A stretch of 64,000 nt of DNA, from NCBI GenBank assembly GCA_002633005.1, contig NMRA01000360.1, positions 127,065 through 191,064 of the forward strand, given 5' to 3'. The notes below the pieces were generated by a model. It did not search any database, was not told the origin of the DNA, and saw nothing but the letters and a program-made list of their open reading frames with translations. Every line of letters begins with the position of its first letter. The first letter of the stretch is position 1. The position numbers and the translations under genes were made by a program. This document shows, one piece after another, positions 62,141-64,000 of the stretch. Source of the stretch: Phoronis australis. Taxonomy: Eukaryota; Animalia; Phoronida.

Positions 62141-62203
62141 GTAAACCCATTTTCTCGGTCGACATCCATCCCGATGGTACAAGGTTTGCAACGGGTGGCC
62201 AAG
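62141..62203 (+). CDS. HIRA: Histone chaperone HIRA, coding exon 2 (GKPIFSVDIHPDGTRFATGGQG); gene continues beyond the window
   Basis: 63-nt exon, TGCAG|...CAAG|GTATGT, phase-compatible with exon 1; nearly identical to the first WD40 repeat of animal HIRA. Confidence 0.97.
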
Positions 62204-62559
62204 GTATGTCTGTAATGGTGGTTTGTTGATTTCCTATGAAAATACAGATCTTATCCTGTCTGCTTAATAATTTATTCATCTTACTTCGAAATATGTCCGT
62301 TTTGGCTTTGACGCTTCAAATTAGCATATGGTGCAATAGAACCAGCACATACATTTTAAGTGACTGCCCTTACTAGTGACTCCATCTAGTGGTCAACCAT
62401 AGAAGCGGCCAATGTCTCACCTTATTGCTAGCAGCAAACTGTCAATTCCAACTGAATGAGTTCAGTCTTCAGGACACTGTCTAATGATAGTTCAACAATC
62501 TTTTATGGAACATCTCTGTAATTTCTTACAAAAATAATAACCAAACATAGCAGGTACCA

Positions 62560-62661
62560 GCATATGTTAATGAAAACAACAACAGATGTTAACAACAAAG
62601 GAGCTTAAAATTCGTGAGGCTCTACACATCAGTTGGTGCAAGCCCAATCTCAATAGGCAAC
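62560..62661 (+). mobile_element. Penelope GIY-YIG C-terminal fragment truncated at the contig join
   Basis: TTKELKIREALHISWCKPNLNRQ. Confidence 0.65.
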
Positions 62662-62662
62662 N

Positions 62663-64000
62663 CTTTGGAACGTCAAGAATCGAGAATTATGTCAAGGAAA
62701 CGACCCACAATTTAAGTCGCACTTTCGGATGAGTCGGTCAACTTTTGAGGTTAGTTTTCGTGTTGCAGAACCATAATGGGTTTATCTGTTGCAGACGTGA
62801 AGCCTTCGCAGGATGCCATCTTGGAAATTTAACCGAACATGCTCTCGAGGTTGTTCGCGAGCGCTAACGTAAACACAGCTGTTCAGGACGAGGGTGCTCA
62901 AATCGCTTTCGGGCGCTCACTCTATTGAACATGCTTCTGGCTTTACTGGCTGACAATCGAGCATTGCACTAAAATGTCTCCTACTTCTCTAAGCTCATTC
63001 TTACTAGTGAGTGAATGAATAAAAGGGAATGAATGAGAACCACTTCGGAATACTCGACTTCGAGAGTGAAGTGTATAAGAAAAGAAAGAAGAATGAGTCT
63101 TAGGAATGTGGTGAATCTGCAGTGACAGTACTTTTAGTAGTAATATGTGAAGCCCTCTTTCTCTTTGGACGACTGGTTAGGATGCCTGGCATTGAAGCAA
63201 GAGGTACCAAGTTCAGAACTTGGATTTGGTGATTTTTTACTGCATTGGTGCCCAACAATGGTACGTATTCTGAGTTTGATAATGCCATGATGGCTGACGA
63301 CCATTGTATAGTGCCATAATGGCTGAGGAGGAGATGGGCTGATCTGATGTTGAGTTCCAGACGGCATGACGCCCCAATCATTGAATGGAGCAGACTGTGG
63401 TGGCCTCTCTTAATAAGTCGCCTGTGGGCAGAAGGTCTTTGGTCAACTGTTAGGATGCCTGGTATTGAAACAAGAGGTTGGGGGTTGAAACTTGGACTAG
63501 GTAGTAGGCATCCCTGGCCAGCCAAATGACCAAACTGGCGACATTGAGAGCACTTCTTGGCGCTACTGCCTTGCCTTGTATGGGACCCACTTGATGAAGG
63601 TGTAGAGATGAGTGTGCTACCACAGTCAACAAAGCTACCCAGATTTTCCATTCGCAGTAACTACAGGCAAGATATGCTACATTTTCTCAACATTACTGAA
63701 GCACATCTAAATAAAGTTCCCACGTGTTTGAAACCAGGCATGAATGAATATTGTTAAGGTGATACAACCTCAGCACACTCTTAGGGAACTAAAGGTTGAG
63801 TAATACTTCCACCTGATAGCCAGTGAATACAGCGTACAAAGAACCCCGCCTTGGAAGAACCTTTTACAGCTTCCGTGGTGAAAGACTCTATTCAGGATCT
63901 TCAGTGCTTGCTGAAAAGAAGGCAGAGCTGGAGCATCCACTCATTGTTCCTTGACAGTGTACCAAGATGTGGTCAAAATGTTCCCTCTTTTTTTTCAAAA
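62663..64000 (+). repeat. Near-identical direct copy of 60564-61894 beginning at a single N
   Basis: Colinear over ~1.3 kb with scattered substitutions and small indels; starts in the middle of the Harbinger element. Confidence 0.95.

Noticed and set aside
1-64000. Prokaryotic contamination or horizontally acquired operon
   Set aside because: Spliceosomal introns, HIRA, SINEs/LINEs and low coding density are present throughout, and there is no operon-like ORF run.

Overview
AT-rich animal genomic DNA from a draft assembly (18-N gap at 3676-3693, single N at 62662). The invertebrate-like repeat content suggests a marine invertebrate, but the taxon cannot be determined. Three host genes are supported. 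(1) A spliced minus-strand gene (4425-7531, about 460 codons in 4 phase-compatible exons) encoding an unassigned helical/coiled-coil protein with a Gly-rich hydrophobic segment; its candidate 5' exons contain stops. (2) An intronless, very divergent 7TM GPCR (30839-31819). (3) The first two coding exons of HIRA (59978-60014, 62141-62203), both absent from the ORF track. Most of the remaining sequence is nested, decayed transposons. These include P-like THAP elements, two internally deleted Kolobok elements retaining convergent THAP and KolX (P2X7-ballast-like) 5' ends, a Ginger1-like element with an unusual double duplication, a Harbinger derivative, a MITE family with 5-bp TSDs and tRNA-SINEs. 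Retroelements include Penelope-like elements with hammerhead-like motifs and CR1-, LOA-, RTE-X- and HERO-like LINE remnants. A roughly 6-kb repeat array is rich in CTCF/YY1/ETS/NRF1-like motifs. The last 1.3 kb duplicates HIRA intron 1 and is probably an unmerged haplotype. There is no CRISPR, rRNA or bona fide tRNA. All family assignments come from motif recognition by eye, not database searches.
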